64,000 nucleotides of DNA from Eledone cirrhosa (taxonomy: Eukaryota): contig OZ024740.1 in NCBI GenBank assembly GCA_964016885.1, positions 419,492,001 to 419,556,000 on the forward strand, read 5' to 3'. A program made the position numbers and the translations under genes. This document shows positions 50,678 through 63,228 of this stretch, piece by piece. Below the pieces are notes generated by a model, which saw only the letters and a program-made list of their open reading frames with translations, was not told the DNA's origin and did not search any database. How positions within the stretch are numbered: the first letter of the stretch is position 1; the number at the start of each line of letters is the position of its first letter.

Positions 50678-53280
50678 CATCATCATCATCACCTTTTTAT
50701 GTTTATATTCCATGCTGACATAGGTTAGATAGATTAATGGTCATACCTTACTCCTTTTTTTCCATTTTGACATGATACCTATGGTTGAATGTCATTCCTA
50801 ATGCTAACCACTTTACAGTGTCGACCAGATGCATTTTACTGTGGTACTAACAATATCATTATATAGTGTGTCTTCGATACATTATCATGGCACCAACATT
50901 ACCACTTTACAGAGTGTACTAGATGTATTTTAATGTGGCACCAACACTACCACTTTACAGAGTGTACTAGATGTATTTTAATGTGGCACCAACACTACCA
51001 CTTTACAGAGTGTACTAGATGTATTTTAATGTGGCACCAACACTACCACTTTACAGAGTGTACTAGATGTATTTTAATGTGGCACCAACACTACCACTTT
51101 ACAGAGTGTAATAGATGTATTTTAATGTGGCACCAACACTACCACTTTACAGAGTGTAATAGATGTATTTTAATGTGGCACCAACACTACCACTTTACAG
51201 AGTGTAATAGATGTATTTTAATGTGGCACCAACACTACCACTTTACAGAGTGTAATAGATGTATTTTAATGTGGCACCAACACTACCGCTTTACAGAGTG
51301 TAATAGATGTATTTTAATGTGGCACCAACACTACCACTTTACAGAGTGTAATAGATGTATTTTATTGTGTCACCAACACTACCACTTTACAGAGTGTAAT
51401 AGATGTATTTTATTGTGGCACCAACACTACCACTTTACAGAGTGTACTAGAGGGGTGCGTATGTATTTCCATGCTAGCATGGGTTGAACAAGTAAGGGCG
51501 TGAATTTAGATAATGAGGTAGAGGGAATCTCATATATGTGTGAAAGAAGACTATGGTGGGGAATTTAGACGAGAGGGAAAAATCAAGGGTGTGAAGAGGA
51601 GACAAAAGTGGGCAGGGGTGTACCTAAATGTCGTTATACCTCTCTGCTTCTTCACTACTATCTTCTCTATTCTTGTTTCATCCTGCTTGCCAAGAGACTC
51701 TTATTGTACAGTAAATCACCACTCAACCTAATCCTGTATGAGGTTAACCTTCATTAGATCATCCCAAGTTTTCCTAGGTTTTCCTTTTCCACAGGTTTCA
51801 TTGACTTTGAGTACCACACATCTCTTTATGCAGTTGCCATCCTCCATGTGCATCACATGTCCATACTATTGCAGTCTTCTTCCTTGTACACTGTATCTTG
51901 TCCCTCTTCAGCTCTTCTTTCAGGTTGTTAATATTTTGTTGTTCATTTACACTACTGTTACACATCCATTGGAACATGCTTGCCTCATTTCTTTCCAATC
52001 GTCACAAATCCTCTGTACTCAGGGCTCAAGTCTTACATCTATGCAGCATTGCAATTTGCACACACACACATCTTACAATCTGCCTTTCCGCATGAGAAAG
52101 AAAACTTTTGTAACCAATAGAGTTAGTAGCTCCTTGAAGCTTTTTCAACCAATTCTCACTTCAGCACCTGTATTTCAGAACATCCACCCCCACTACTAAT
52201 TAAGTCAACCAGGTATGGAACCTGTGAATCACTTCTAGGGAGCCATCTCAGCATTTGACAGAACCTACTTGTCATTATCCTCATTAACTCTAATCTTGCT
52301 GACTGCACCTACGTACATTGTTTGTACAGTCCTAGTTTCCCTAGTGCCCACAAGATTATGAAATGAGGTACCCTATCAAAAGGTTTCTCCTGGTCAATAA
52401 ATGCTAGGAAGAGGGGCCTATTCTTAACTAAGTACTTCTCCTGCATCTTATCTAAGTGAATTCTATTCCTAATCAGTTGTGCTGTAACTCAGTAACTTTC
52501 ATGACCTGGTTAATAAACTTCATACCTCCATAGTTTCCGCTCTCCAGTGTATCTCCTTTGTAGCAGTTGACAAACCTGCTACTATGCTAGTCATTGCATA
52601 TTACACCCTCCTGTGTTTCCCAATTTACTATATGCATGGGTAACCTTTGGCCCACCATTTCAGATGCTTTTAACATCTCAGCAACTATCCCTGATAGAAC
52701 AATGGCTTTGCCTGTCTTCCAATATCTACTAAACTGCCAAACTTGAATGGTTGGTCCATCTGTTGAATCTGCCTAGGATAAGCCTTTCTTCTCCCAACTA
52801 TTTTTCTCATCGAACAGTCTCTCATAATGTTTCTTCCAAACTCCTTTCTTTTCAGCATTAGTGAGGGCATGTGCACCAGTCATTTCAGATGTACTTCTTC
52901 GTGGCAACATATTGATTTTCCTTATCATACGGCCTTGCACACTGGAACACATCATATCTTTGGTCATTACAGATTAGATTATATGCAAACTTGTTTTGCT
53001 TCTGTCCTTCTTGATATTGTTCTCTGTTCTGTCAGTCTTTCCATACCTATATCTTGGCTTTAATTGCCTCATCCACCCCACTATTGCACCACCAAGTCAG
53101 CCTCATTCTTCTTACAGCTTTGCTCCAACCACAGATCTGGTCTGTGACCCTCAGCAGGTTATTTCTCGGGAACCCCCACTGTTACTCTGTGTTGTAACTC
53201 TTTATCTCCTCTTCCCTACTGTCAGATGTATCAACCAGAGCATTCCTGAATTTAACATTAGCCAAAGTCTCCCTTAACTC
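50678..53280 (-). pseudogene. Old, internally deleted RTE LINE of the same family as 44050-46097
   Basis: EKKGVWKKHYERLFDEKN, NYGGMKFI, ERNEASMFQWMC, GKPRKTWDDL remnants; (CAT)n tail at 50678. Confidence 0.85.
50885..51451. repeat. 48-bp minisatellite, about 11-12 copies, in RTE 3' UTR
   Basis: accactttacagagtgtactagatgtattttaatgtggcaccaacact. Confidence 0.95.
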
Positions 53281-53552
53281 ATTTGCTCATTCCATGAGAG
53301 TATCATGATCAGCCTATGAACTTTTAGTCAACCTTTGTATATGAATGTGTGTGTGTGTGTATATATATATATACACACACACACACATACGAGTGATGCT
53401 AGAGCTGTGAAATCTTGCATACCTTAATTTCAACCCTTTTTATTAATAACTGCATCGTTTCTTTCCAGTGACTATGTTGAAAAATACATCTCATTTGGTC
53501 ATTCCATGAGAGTATCTTGGTCAGCCTATAAACCTTTCAGCCAACCCTCGTA
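53278..53552. mobile_element. Two partial mariner-type MITE copies
   Basis: cattccatgagagtatcttggtcagcctat..tttcagccaaccctcgta. Confidence 0.7.
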
Positions 53553-53852
53553 TTTGCCTCGTTTTTGAGTGGGTCCTGAGGATTATTTTACTTGGAAATA
53601 TCTATAATTACTGACTTCCCATAGTAAAATAAATTAAAGAACTGCAGTAGATTTGGAGACTAAAAAATGGGAATATAAAGAAATTGTAAAATAAAACCAG
53701 TTTTCATATTGGGAAAAAAATTTTTTAAGATAATCTCAAAATATTGATTCTGTTCAACATTTAAAAAAGCATGTCTGCAGTAAATTGAATTTGGCAATTC
53801 ATTACAAAATGTGTCGGGGCATTTCGAGCTGATTTTAAGTTCACAGAGAGAG

Positions 53853-54054
53853 TATGAGGGTTGGCTGAGAAGGTCATAGACTGACCAAGATACTCTCATG
53901 GAATGACCTAATGAGGTTTATTTTTTAAAACTGTCCCTGGACAGAAACAATGAAGTTATTAATAAGAAGAGTTGAAAGTAATGCATGCAAGATTTCTCAG
54001 CTCTAACATCACTCCTTCATAGCCAGCCTATGAACTTTTCAGCCAACCCTTGTA
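53853..54054. mobile_element. Complete mariner-type MITE
   Basis: TA-tgagggttggctgagaaggtcatag ... ctatgaacttttcagccaaccct-tgTA. Confidence 0.8.
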
Positions 54055-54232
54055 TGTGATCAATGCATTTAAGATAATTCAATGCATATAAAACTAAATC
54101 CATAGGTTTAATTACTCAGAGAAACACCATCCACATAAGAATCATCATCTTCATTTAATGTTTGTTGAGCATAAAAATATCTAATTAGAAATAGATATGC
54201 CATGAGGAAAAGTCAGCATCAGGCTCATTGAC

Positions 54233-54745
54233 CATCATCATTGTCATCACGATTTAACATCCATTTTCCATGCTAGCATCAGTTAGTCAGTCGAGTTGTC
54301 CCATTGTGAGACAATTCAAATCAAATGACCATGTCTTGCTCATACAGAACTGTTTCTGGCTTGGTTTCTATGGCTGGATGCCCGTCCTAATGCCAACCAC
54401 ATTTACAGTGTGGATTGGGCACTTTTTGTCATGACACCAACATGACTGCTTTACAGTTGGGACTGAGCGTTTTTTGTTGTAGCATTTTGTTATAGCTTTG
54501 CAATGAAGACTGTTCTTTTTGTTGTAGCATAAATACAACCATTTTACGATGTGGACTGGGTGCATTTTGTAGTAGCACCAATACAACCACTTTACGATGT
54601 GGACTGGGTGCATTTTGTAGTAGCACCAATACAACCACTTTACGATGTGGACTGGGTGCATTTTGTAGTAGCACCAATACAATCACTTTATAATGTGGAA
54701 TGGGTGCATTTTGTAGTAGCACCAATACAACCACATTACAGAGTA
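54233..54745 (-). mobile_element. RTE 3' tail with third 48-bp expansion (54400-54745)
   Basis: Tail as at 14836-14995, then about 7 divergent units, e.g. accactttacgatgtggactgggtgcattttgtagtagcaccaataca. Confidence 0.85.
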
Positions 54746-54858
54746 TGTATTATTTCAATATTTTCAACAAATATAGGAAGACAAATTCATACCTGTTTTA
54801 GTCTTATTAAACCTCAACAAAGTATAGACTTCAACATAATTAACCTCAGTGATTTTTA

Positions 54859-55074
54859 TTTAACCCTTTAACATTTAAACTGGCCGTATCTGGCCAGAAT
54901 TCTCTCATCTCTTTCTGTTCAAACTAGCTGTAACCAACCACTCATACTGATGTTAAGGTATTGTTCTCAAAATAAATAATATAAAAATCTCATAGATTCA
55001 ATTTTATGTGAGATAAAGCTGTTACTTTGAAAATACAATTATAAATATAGAGAAATGTAAATGTTAAAGGGATA
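54859..55074. mobile_element. piggyBac-like MITE (family 1)
   Basis: TTAACCCtttaacattta ... taaatgttaaaGGGataa. Confidence 0.75.
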
Positions 55075-55554
55075 ATATGACAGTTTCACACATCTGTTTC
55101 TGTACAATATTGTACATCTACTTACTGATTCTCTCATAAAACTTTTTATTATTATGTAACAAATATATAAGATTAAATAGAAGTACATACTTGGAATCAA
55201 TTATTGTTAGGAAACTTATAAATATAATATACAAAAATATATAAAGTGTGAAAAAAAAGAAGAAAATCCATCAATTCACCCCCTCAGTGTGTTAATCTGT
55301 CACAGATCACAGGCATCATTGGAAATTTTTGAGGCAAGCCAACATGCTTGTGGCATTACCGTGGGTGATGGCGAGGCTAAGGCATTGAAACAGTTAAGCA
55401 CCCTCACAGGCATTACCTGACACCTCGGTAAGGTGAGCCACTAATGATAAGAACTTTGCTGTCAACAGCCCAGCTCTACCAAACGTCTCAAACACCACAG
55501 GTTGGTTTACTGATAAGCCCCAGTGATCCTCTCATCACTACTTTGACAGATATG

Positions 55555-55595
55555 CTTTGCTGAAGAGTTCAAACAAGAGTGAAACATATCTGGAG
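55555..55595 (+). ncRNA. Degenerate minimal hammerhead motif
   Basis: ctttg CTGAAGA g TTC aaacaa GAG t GAAA cata TC tggag. Confidence 0.4.
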
Positions 55596-55759
55596 TTGTT
55601 TAAAGTGCTTATTGAAATGATTAGAATGATATTAGAAGTTGAGCTAGTTTTGTTTTTTTCATACTTTATAAATATTTCTAATTAGATTTTGTTTTTTATA
55701 TTAAATATGTTAACATAATTGTTTCTAATTACAAAGCCTGCAGTTTGTGTCTCTTTAAG

Positions 55760-56200
55760 TCTTTAAAGTCTGTCTCAGGCCAGGAGGCTCATCAGGCCAG
55801 TGCTTATCCTGATTTGTGGCATGAAGTGACTGAGAGTACAAGACTCGCCCCTGGACAGGACGCCAGTCCATTGCAGGGTTAACCCTTTAGTATTTAAACC
55901 AGCTGTAACCAGCAAGAATTCACTCATATCTTTCTGTTTAAACTGGCCGTCACTGGCCACTCATACTTATGTTAATGTATTGTTCTCTTAATAAATAATA
56001 TAACAATTTTATAGATTCGATATTGTGTAAGATAATTATGTGAGATAAAGCTTTTACCATGAGAATACAATAGTAAATATAGAGTAATATAAATGAAGCA
56101 TTTTGCTCAAGAACACAACACACAACTTAGCCCAGGAATTGAACCCACAACATTATGATTGTATGTCCAAGAGCCTTACCACTAGGCCCCATGCGTCCAC
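55760..56200 (-). mobile_element. SINE (Nin/Deu-like domain) interrupted at TTAA by piggyBac-like MITE (55879-56094)
   Basis: Reverse complement of 62537-62822; MITE starts at gggTTAAccc. Confidence 0.7.
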
Positions 56201-56335
56201 CTAGCAATTTATGGGGAAGGGGAAACTGATTAAATTAACCTCAGTACTTGATTGGTACTTTATTTTATTGAGTGCAGCAGAATGAAAAGCACAGTTGACC
56301 TCAACAGGATTTGAACTCAGAATGTAAAGAGCCGA
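56200..56335 (-). mobile_element. SINE-A fragment
   Basis: ggtactttatttta..gaatgaaaagcacagttgacctc..gatttgaactcaga. Confidence 0.7.
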
Positions 56336-57321
56336 TATATCACTGACGCTATATTCTGATATTGGAGTCAGTGATACATAGACAATAACATTTTCTTTAA
56401 TAGAATAAATATTTTTCATTTTGACAAACATCATTTTATACATTCCACTATCTCCCAATATATTCTTTCTTATTAATTTTGCATGTATTAGAATCTAGTA
56501 TTAAATTGTTAAGGAAAGATGAGAAATATCTAAAGATCAAAGATAAATAGTATGGATACGAGGGTTAAGTTTTGATACAGTAAGATGTATCTTGTTATTA
56601 AAAATATCAAGTGTTGTTTCCCCAAAAGACTAATATGAATGAACAGATTATACATTTGTGGTAGAAGCTAAGCAATCACTCTCTAGAGTTGAACTATGAA
56701 AGACAGCTTTTGTTGGTTATCAGAACATCTTATGAAATTGACAAAAGAGAATTTGAAGTTGTTGGGGTTATTTTTTTCCTTCAATACATAGCAGCAAATA
56801 AAGTTTTATATATATTATAATAATGCACGTGTATATTACTAGAGGTTAGATTTCATTGTGACTAGATTAAAGAATTACTTTATACAGTTATGTATTAGAA
56901 AGAAAATTGATTTCATATGAAATGAATAATTATAGGAATAAGCCAGTTTGGGGAATCAATGTTACAGTAAACAGTGTCTTCAATAACGTGAGCGTTATAT
57001 TTATTTCCAGCTCAAATCTCATGCTATTTTCTTTCTCTTTGTGAGCTTTTCACTAGTTTATAACATCTGGTATTATAGAAGCGTTTCTATGAGTAGCTAT
57101 TTATTTTATGGTTCAGATTTTATCTCCTGCCATATTTTATCATAAAATTATGAAAAGAAAATATAATTTGATTTCACAAGAAATTGTATTGAATCTATCT
57201 ATGTCAACTGCTATGTTGCTCATCTATCTTTGCACATGCCTCCCAAAGATCTCTATCCATCATCACCATTCTGAGCTCTCTTAGACTAATCCTTTCCAGT
57301 AGGTTATCAATGTATTGAAAA

Positions 57322-57505
57322 TAATTGTTTCTACTTTTGGCACAAGGCCAGCAATTACCCAGTGCATTACTGGTACTTTATTTTATCGACCCTGTAAGGA
57401 TGAAAGGCGAAGTTAGCTTTGGCGGGATTTGAACTCAGAATGGCAAGGACTCTATGCATCAAAGTATGGTGTCCGACTCTCTGCCGATGCTGCCAATCCG
57501 CTGCC
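57322..57505 (-). mobile_element. SINE-A full length with 18-bp TSD
   Basis: TSD caatgtattgaaaataat at 57308 and 57506. Confidence 0.9.
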
Positions 57506-58045
57506 CAATGTATTGAAAATAATCTTAATTCAAGGGAAAATATTTATTGAATGTGTTCAGCTGAAAATATATTCACTATTTATGTTGAAATTTTTGTAAT
57601 AGCAAAAGGTGTCAGTTAATAATGAAGTTAGCAGGTAAATGCAGAAGTATGCTGATTAAGACTTTTTTTTCATTGTCATCAATGTCTTATTTGAATAATC
57701 TGTACCATAAATACAACCACAAACTTCATATCACATTGATATATGTTAAGTGTTTAATTTTAAAGATGTTGTTAACCCTAACATAGCTTTAGCTAAAAAC
57801 TAAAAGCTACTGGAAAGTTCATTTTTATTGTGAAAACATTTTATGCTACTCTTTTACTGAAAATTACTAATAAGGCTGAAACATGTTCAGATTTGTCTGC
57901 CATACTTACAAGAAAAATTACGAATTAACAACAGTCATTTCCTTTTACTGAATATTTGATTCTATGCTACATTATTAAGGTTCTAAGCATTAAATAAGCT
58001 TTCATGAGCCATTGGGTTATTTTTTTAAAATACATCTACATTTGT

Positions 58046-58251
58046 TTAACTCCTTTAGCATTTACACTACTCTATATTTACTATTGTATTTTCATGGTAA
58101 AGGCTTTACCTCACATAATATCAAGTTTATGAGATTTTTGATGATGTTTTTGTCTATTTTAAGAACAATATCTTAACATTGGTGTGAGCCAGTTTCAAAA
58201 AGGGGAAAGAATTCTGGTGGGATACAGATGATTTAAATGCTAAAGGGTTAA
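58046..58251. mobile_element. piggyBac-like MITE (family 1, opposite orientation)
   Basis: TTAActcctttagcattta ... taaatgctaaaGGGTTAA. Confidence 0.75.
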
Positions 58252-59064
58252 ATCAGGTTGGGATGTGTTGGTATAGCCCTTAATAAGCTGGAATAGATTT
58301 TATAATAACTAATTTGGTGCTTTAATGCTCCGAATTCCATAACTGATAGAAATAACTATCAGTTATATATATATTTAAAAAAATCCCTAAACGATATATA
58401 TATATAGTTAAGACTAAATGCTAAGTCTTGTTACTCTCTGTTTATCAGACAAGAATGAACATTCAATAGCAGAGACAGTATAAATAAAGGATGACTCGGT
58501 GGGTGGGAAGAGGGTTAATTGAAGAGGGGGGTGATTAAGATAGAGTGGATAGGATGGTAGTGGCAGTGGCAGTGGAGGGAGGTGTAGAGTGAAACAGAAG
58601 ATGATAATGGACATTGGTATAAAATAGTTTTAAGCTGATGGCAATAGGGTACAAATATGATAAGGATCTAGCAGGTGATGGGGAAGGTGGGTGTGTAGGG
58701 TGGGTGGGTTGTGAAGTGGAAGAAAAGATTGGTGGAATTGGCAGAATATACATAATTTCTTTTACAACCTGGCCTTATGCCTAATCAGATAATTTAATAT
58801 ATTTAATAACTCCTAACAACCATAGCTAAACTTGCATATCGCAAAGGTTAGCTAAATAATTATTGTATAGTCTCATTACGCTTGCTTGGACCCTCAACTT
58901 CTGGTGGAAATATAGGAGCCCTGTTGTGACATGCAGTATACCAGTTCTTCTCCATCTGTCACAGTTGCTTGTCAGATCATAAATTTCCACTAAAGATTTA
59001 CCTGTCTCTACTTTCCCCTCTCCCAAAATTGCTGGCCTTGTGCCTAAATCAGAAACCAATGTCG

Positions 59065-59600
59065 TATATCCATCATTTCCTCTGTCTGTCTCTTCTTCTC
59101 TTCCACTGTACAGCTCCTTGTAGAATGATCTTTACAAGGTACATGGCAATACTATCTCAGCTTTCTTTTCTTCACTGTTGTGAGGTCTTCAAGAGAGCCA
59201 ATGTGATGTTAGAATATTTTGTAAGCCTCCTCATTAGTGGTATGGCCTATATATGAGCTGCCTAAGATGTTACAGTAGAATCTCATTTCTTTATCTGTAA
59301 TCTCTTTAGTGAGAGTTTATGTCTCACATGTGTACAGAAAGATGCACAGCATCATGCTCTTCATGGTGATGTTCTTATCTCTCTGAATGAGCTTGGTTAG
59401 TGCAGCCATTACCTAGTAGTGAGATATCAGCTGTGGTCAGATGGGCTTTGCTAAATTTAAATGTCCAAAATAAGAACCCACTCACTCTATACAGTATCGG
59501 TGACAGCCCAAGTTAACAATGACCACATTATCCATCTCTTCTTACCAGAACAGATGAGATAAGTATGCTTCTTGTGACCCAACTCAGCAGTCTCATTGTG
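59065..59600 (-). pseudogene. Highly decayed RTE-clade C-terminal fragment (third family)
   Basis: Minus: VKIILQGAVQWKRRRDRQRK*W, similar to the K.ILQG.V.G.RRRGRQ.K.W motif. Confidence 0.55.
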
Positions 59601-60229
59601 TGAAATTATCAATTGTATACAGCACTTTGAACTAGAAACTAAGTGAATGTTATTTGATAAACTTAAGTAGTAGGTTTGACATGCAGTTGAAATAAGTCCT
59701 CAATAAGATAATATGAATAAAATACAGTTCTTAGCAAACACAGATTTTTACATATTCAATGTCTTTATAATGATTTTCCTTCTAATACTATACATGTTGA
59801 TTTTTAGATATACTTATATCAATATAAAGTATTGAACTTGCGAGTATGCATCATATTAAATCTATAAATTGATGCAAATATATATTCTTTCCGGTATTTT
59901 CTCTATCTTTATTCATATTGAACAATCCTCTTTACTGTTTAGATTCCGTATTGAAATATCATTTTTCCAATTATATTTTAGAAGTATCAGATGTGCTTAA
60001 GTGTCTTGCAGCAGAAATAGCCATGAACTAAAGATTATAGGCTCCTTGGCTGCCTCACTGGAAGTAATCAATATAGTTCTTCTGCGTGACATAGTTAATA
60101 CTGGAGGTGGAGGTGGAGATGGTTTTCTGGAGAGAGTAAATTATCAAAGGTGTGAATGGTGTAAAAGGATTTCATTTGACTGTATAACCTCTGTTAGCAT
60201 CAAAGACTTTCTTCATTATTTTCTTCATT

Positions 60230-60432
60230 TTAGGGCATTGGATTGGCATTATCAGTAAAGCGTTGGACAACACCCTTTACATTCTGAGTTCAAATCCCAC
60301 CGAGGTTGGCTTTGCCTTTCATCCTTACAGGGTCGATAAAATAAAGTACCACTAACACACTAGGGTCGATTTAATCAACTTTTCCCTCACCAAAAAAATT
60401 GTTGGCCTTGTGCCTAAATCAGAAACCATTAT
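60230..60432 (+). mobile_element. SINE-A with TSD
   Basis: A/B boxes and central domain; TSD cattattttcttcattt. Confidence 0.85.
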
Positions 60433-61094
60433 TTTCTTCATTTGGTAGGTTTTAGTTTTTTTATAGCTGAGTCAGGTAGAGAAGCAGTGCCCATAGTTTA
60501 TGTTGAAGGAAAACTAGGATTGAGGGAGTATTAACTGCTAATTCTAGCAGGATAAGTGGTCATGTACAGGCTCTTGTAGCAGCACTGATACCATGTGTCT
60601 CTTATTATCTGGTCAGTCACATTACTGAATGCATCAGATCTGAGCAGGGCTACACAGTATCAACAACCAGTTCTCCTCTCTTTGTCTTTCAACAAAAGAA
60701 AGACCATGTGAGGCCTCTGTATAAAGTGTATTACTGTGTAGAAGTGAAATATTGGTAATGGCAATGAAAGTGAAAATTTATTACACTTAAAATATGGGTG
60801 GGATCTATGACTCAGCATATTACAAAACAAATTTATGAAAAGCAAAGTGAAAATTGTAAGAGAATACAGTATGAAAGATATTGTCCAGTGTGTATAGGAG
60901 ATATGGCTATACTGGTTTGGACATATAATAGAAATGGATGTTATATATTGAGAATTAAATGTAGATTATACTGAAGCTAATACAGTTTTCCAAAGACTTG
61001 GAAACAAATATTTGGATTAGATCCAAGAACATGAAGCAATATAAATAAAACAATACAGCTTTAGGACATATTGTACTGCTGTTTATTTCAACTC

Positions 61095-61114
61095 TGTTAC
61101 TCTAGCAAAATAAT

Positions 61115-61155
<41 letters not shown>

Positions 61156-62160
61156 CCATCATCACCACCATCACCACCACCATGATGATGATGATTGTTT
61201 TGCTTTATTTGCATGGGTTAGACAAGTTCTTCCTAGTATGGTTTCCCTCCACTTTTCTTATTCCTGTGTCATCTCCTTTGAGAAGTTCTGTATCCTGAGG
61301 TCAGCTTTCACCCCTTAGTACTTCTTCACCTAATGGTTCATGTGCATTACATGTTCATACTAATGCAGCCTTCTCTCCTGCACACTATGCAGTGCAACCT
61401 TCTCTCCTGCACACTATGCAGTGCAACCTTCTCTCCTGCACACTATGCAGTGCAGCCTTCTCTCCTGCACACTATGCAGTGCAACCTTCTCTCCTGCACA
61501 CTATGCAGTGCAGCCTTCTCTCCTGCACACTATGCAGTGCAGCCTTCTCTCCTGCACACTATGCAGTGCAACCTTCTCTCCTGCACACTATGCAGTGCAG
61601 CCTTCTCTCCTGCACACTACACATGATTAGGTCCAGTTTTTCTCTCATATCGACTGTACTTTGCTGTCCATACACTAACATTACACATCCAAGACACCAT
61701 GCTCAATGTGTTCATATTTACCTTAACATAAATTATGCATTCATAACCCATGTCTCACCATCATGCAACATTGTTCTTTGTAATATAATTTACTCTCCAC
61801 ATAAAGAGAATCCCTTTTTTGCCATCAGATGTAGTATCTCCATGAATGCTTTCCATCCAGTTCTTACTTGGACTACTATGTTTCTAGAGAACCATCCTAC
61901 CTTGCTAATTTGGTCACCTTATGTAGCAGAAACTACCAACTATTTCTATGGAATTTTCCTTGAATAGGAAAGGGTATCACTCTTACTGATAGCTACTCTA
62001 GTCACTCTACCATACCCCAAATCTGTGTGATCCTACTACACTTTCTGCTCCAACCCCCTAGTTTACACTGGATACACCATATATAGTTTCTCCACTCCCC
62101 TTTTCTGCATATCAAGCATAATCATTTCTCTAAAGCCAGCAGAATCCTGTTGTCTTTCTT
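61095..62160 (-). pseudogene. Old RTE LINE 3' fragment with long (CAT)n tail
   Basis: Minus: VQERRLH*YEHVMH, GKPY*EEL; colinear with 44440-45400. Confidence 0.7.
61363..61618. repeat. 29-bp minisatellite, about 9 copies
   Basis: atgcagtgcaaccttctctcctgcacact tandem. Confidence 0.95.
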
Positions 62161-62183
62161 ACTGTCATTATAAATTCCTAAGA

Positions 62184-62373
62184 AGGCGGTGGATTGGTAG
62201 TATCAGTAGAGGGTCGGACGCCATGCTTTGCAGCATAGTTACGGCCCTTTATGATCTGAGTTCAAATCCCACCGAGGTTAACTTTGCTTTCATCCTTACG
62301 AGGTCGATAAAATAAAGTACCAGTAATGTACTGGGATAATTGCTGGCCTTGTGCCAAAAGTAGAAACAATTAT
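62184..62373 (+). mobile_element. SINE-A full length with TSD
   Basis: TSD attataaattc(c/a)taagaa on both sides. Confidence 0.9.
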
Positions 62374-62536
62374 AAATTCATAAGAAATTGTTTAATTGCC
62401 AATATTTGCCATTTATTCTAACCACACAAATGGAGTTTGTGAAAAATCTAAAGATTAACAGTTTTTATTTTTTTTTTATTTATTTATTTTTTTTATTATA
62501 GCATACTTTTTACTTTTTTACTTCAGTCATATTAGT

Positions 62537-62822
62537 GGAGGCATGTGGCCTAGTGGTAAGGGTGTTGTACTTACAGTCATAATATCATGGGTTTGATTCC
62601 TGGACTGGGTTGTTTGTTGTGTCCTTGAACAAAACACTTCATGTCACATTGCTCCAGTATACTCAGCTGAAAATGAGTACCAGCAATAGCTGAGGGTTTA
62701 ATCCTGTGATGGACTGGTGTCTTGTTCAGGGGGCAGTCTTGTACTCTCAGTTGCTTCATGCCATGGAAACCAGGATAAGCACTGGCCTGATGAGTCTCTG
62801 AGCTTGAGACAGACTTTAGACT
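62537..62822 (+). mobile_element. tRNA-derived SINE with Nin/Deu-like domain
   Basis: gtggcctagtggtaag A-box, gggtttgattcc B-box, atcctgtgatggactgg...gcttcatgc..gaaaccaggataagc..ggcctgatg, agactttagactt tail. Confidence 0.75.
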
Positions 62823-63024
62823 TTTTCAGAACTTCAAGGATCTTTCAGAACTTCAAGAATAAATTAACCTAGTATTTTTGTTTGATCATATCTTATTGAC
62901 ATACGTCCAGTGGGTTTCCCTCTACTAACCTTTACTTACAAGAGTGGTGTAACCAAGGCAATAGAAGAAGACACTTGCTCAAAGTGTTGTTTTTTGTTTT
63001 AAAGCGTTTTCTTTTCTGATTATT

Positions 63025-63228
63025 ATATTGGCAGTATTGGTAGAGCATCGGACAACATACTTTGTGGTACATGGTTACGTTCCTTTACATTCTAAGTTCA
63101 AATCTTGTCAAGGTTAGCTTTGCCTTTCATTCTTATGGGTTTGATAAAATAAAGTACCAGTAACACACTGGAGTTAATTTAATAGACGCCCCTATCCCCA
63201 GAAAGTTGTTGACCTTGTGCCTAAATAT
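63025..63228 (+). mobile_element. SINE-A (older copy)
   Basis: ttggcagtattggtagagcatcggac...aagttcaaatc...gataaaataaagtaccag. Confidence 0.8.
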
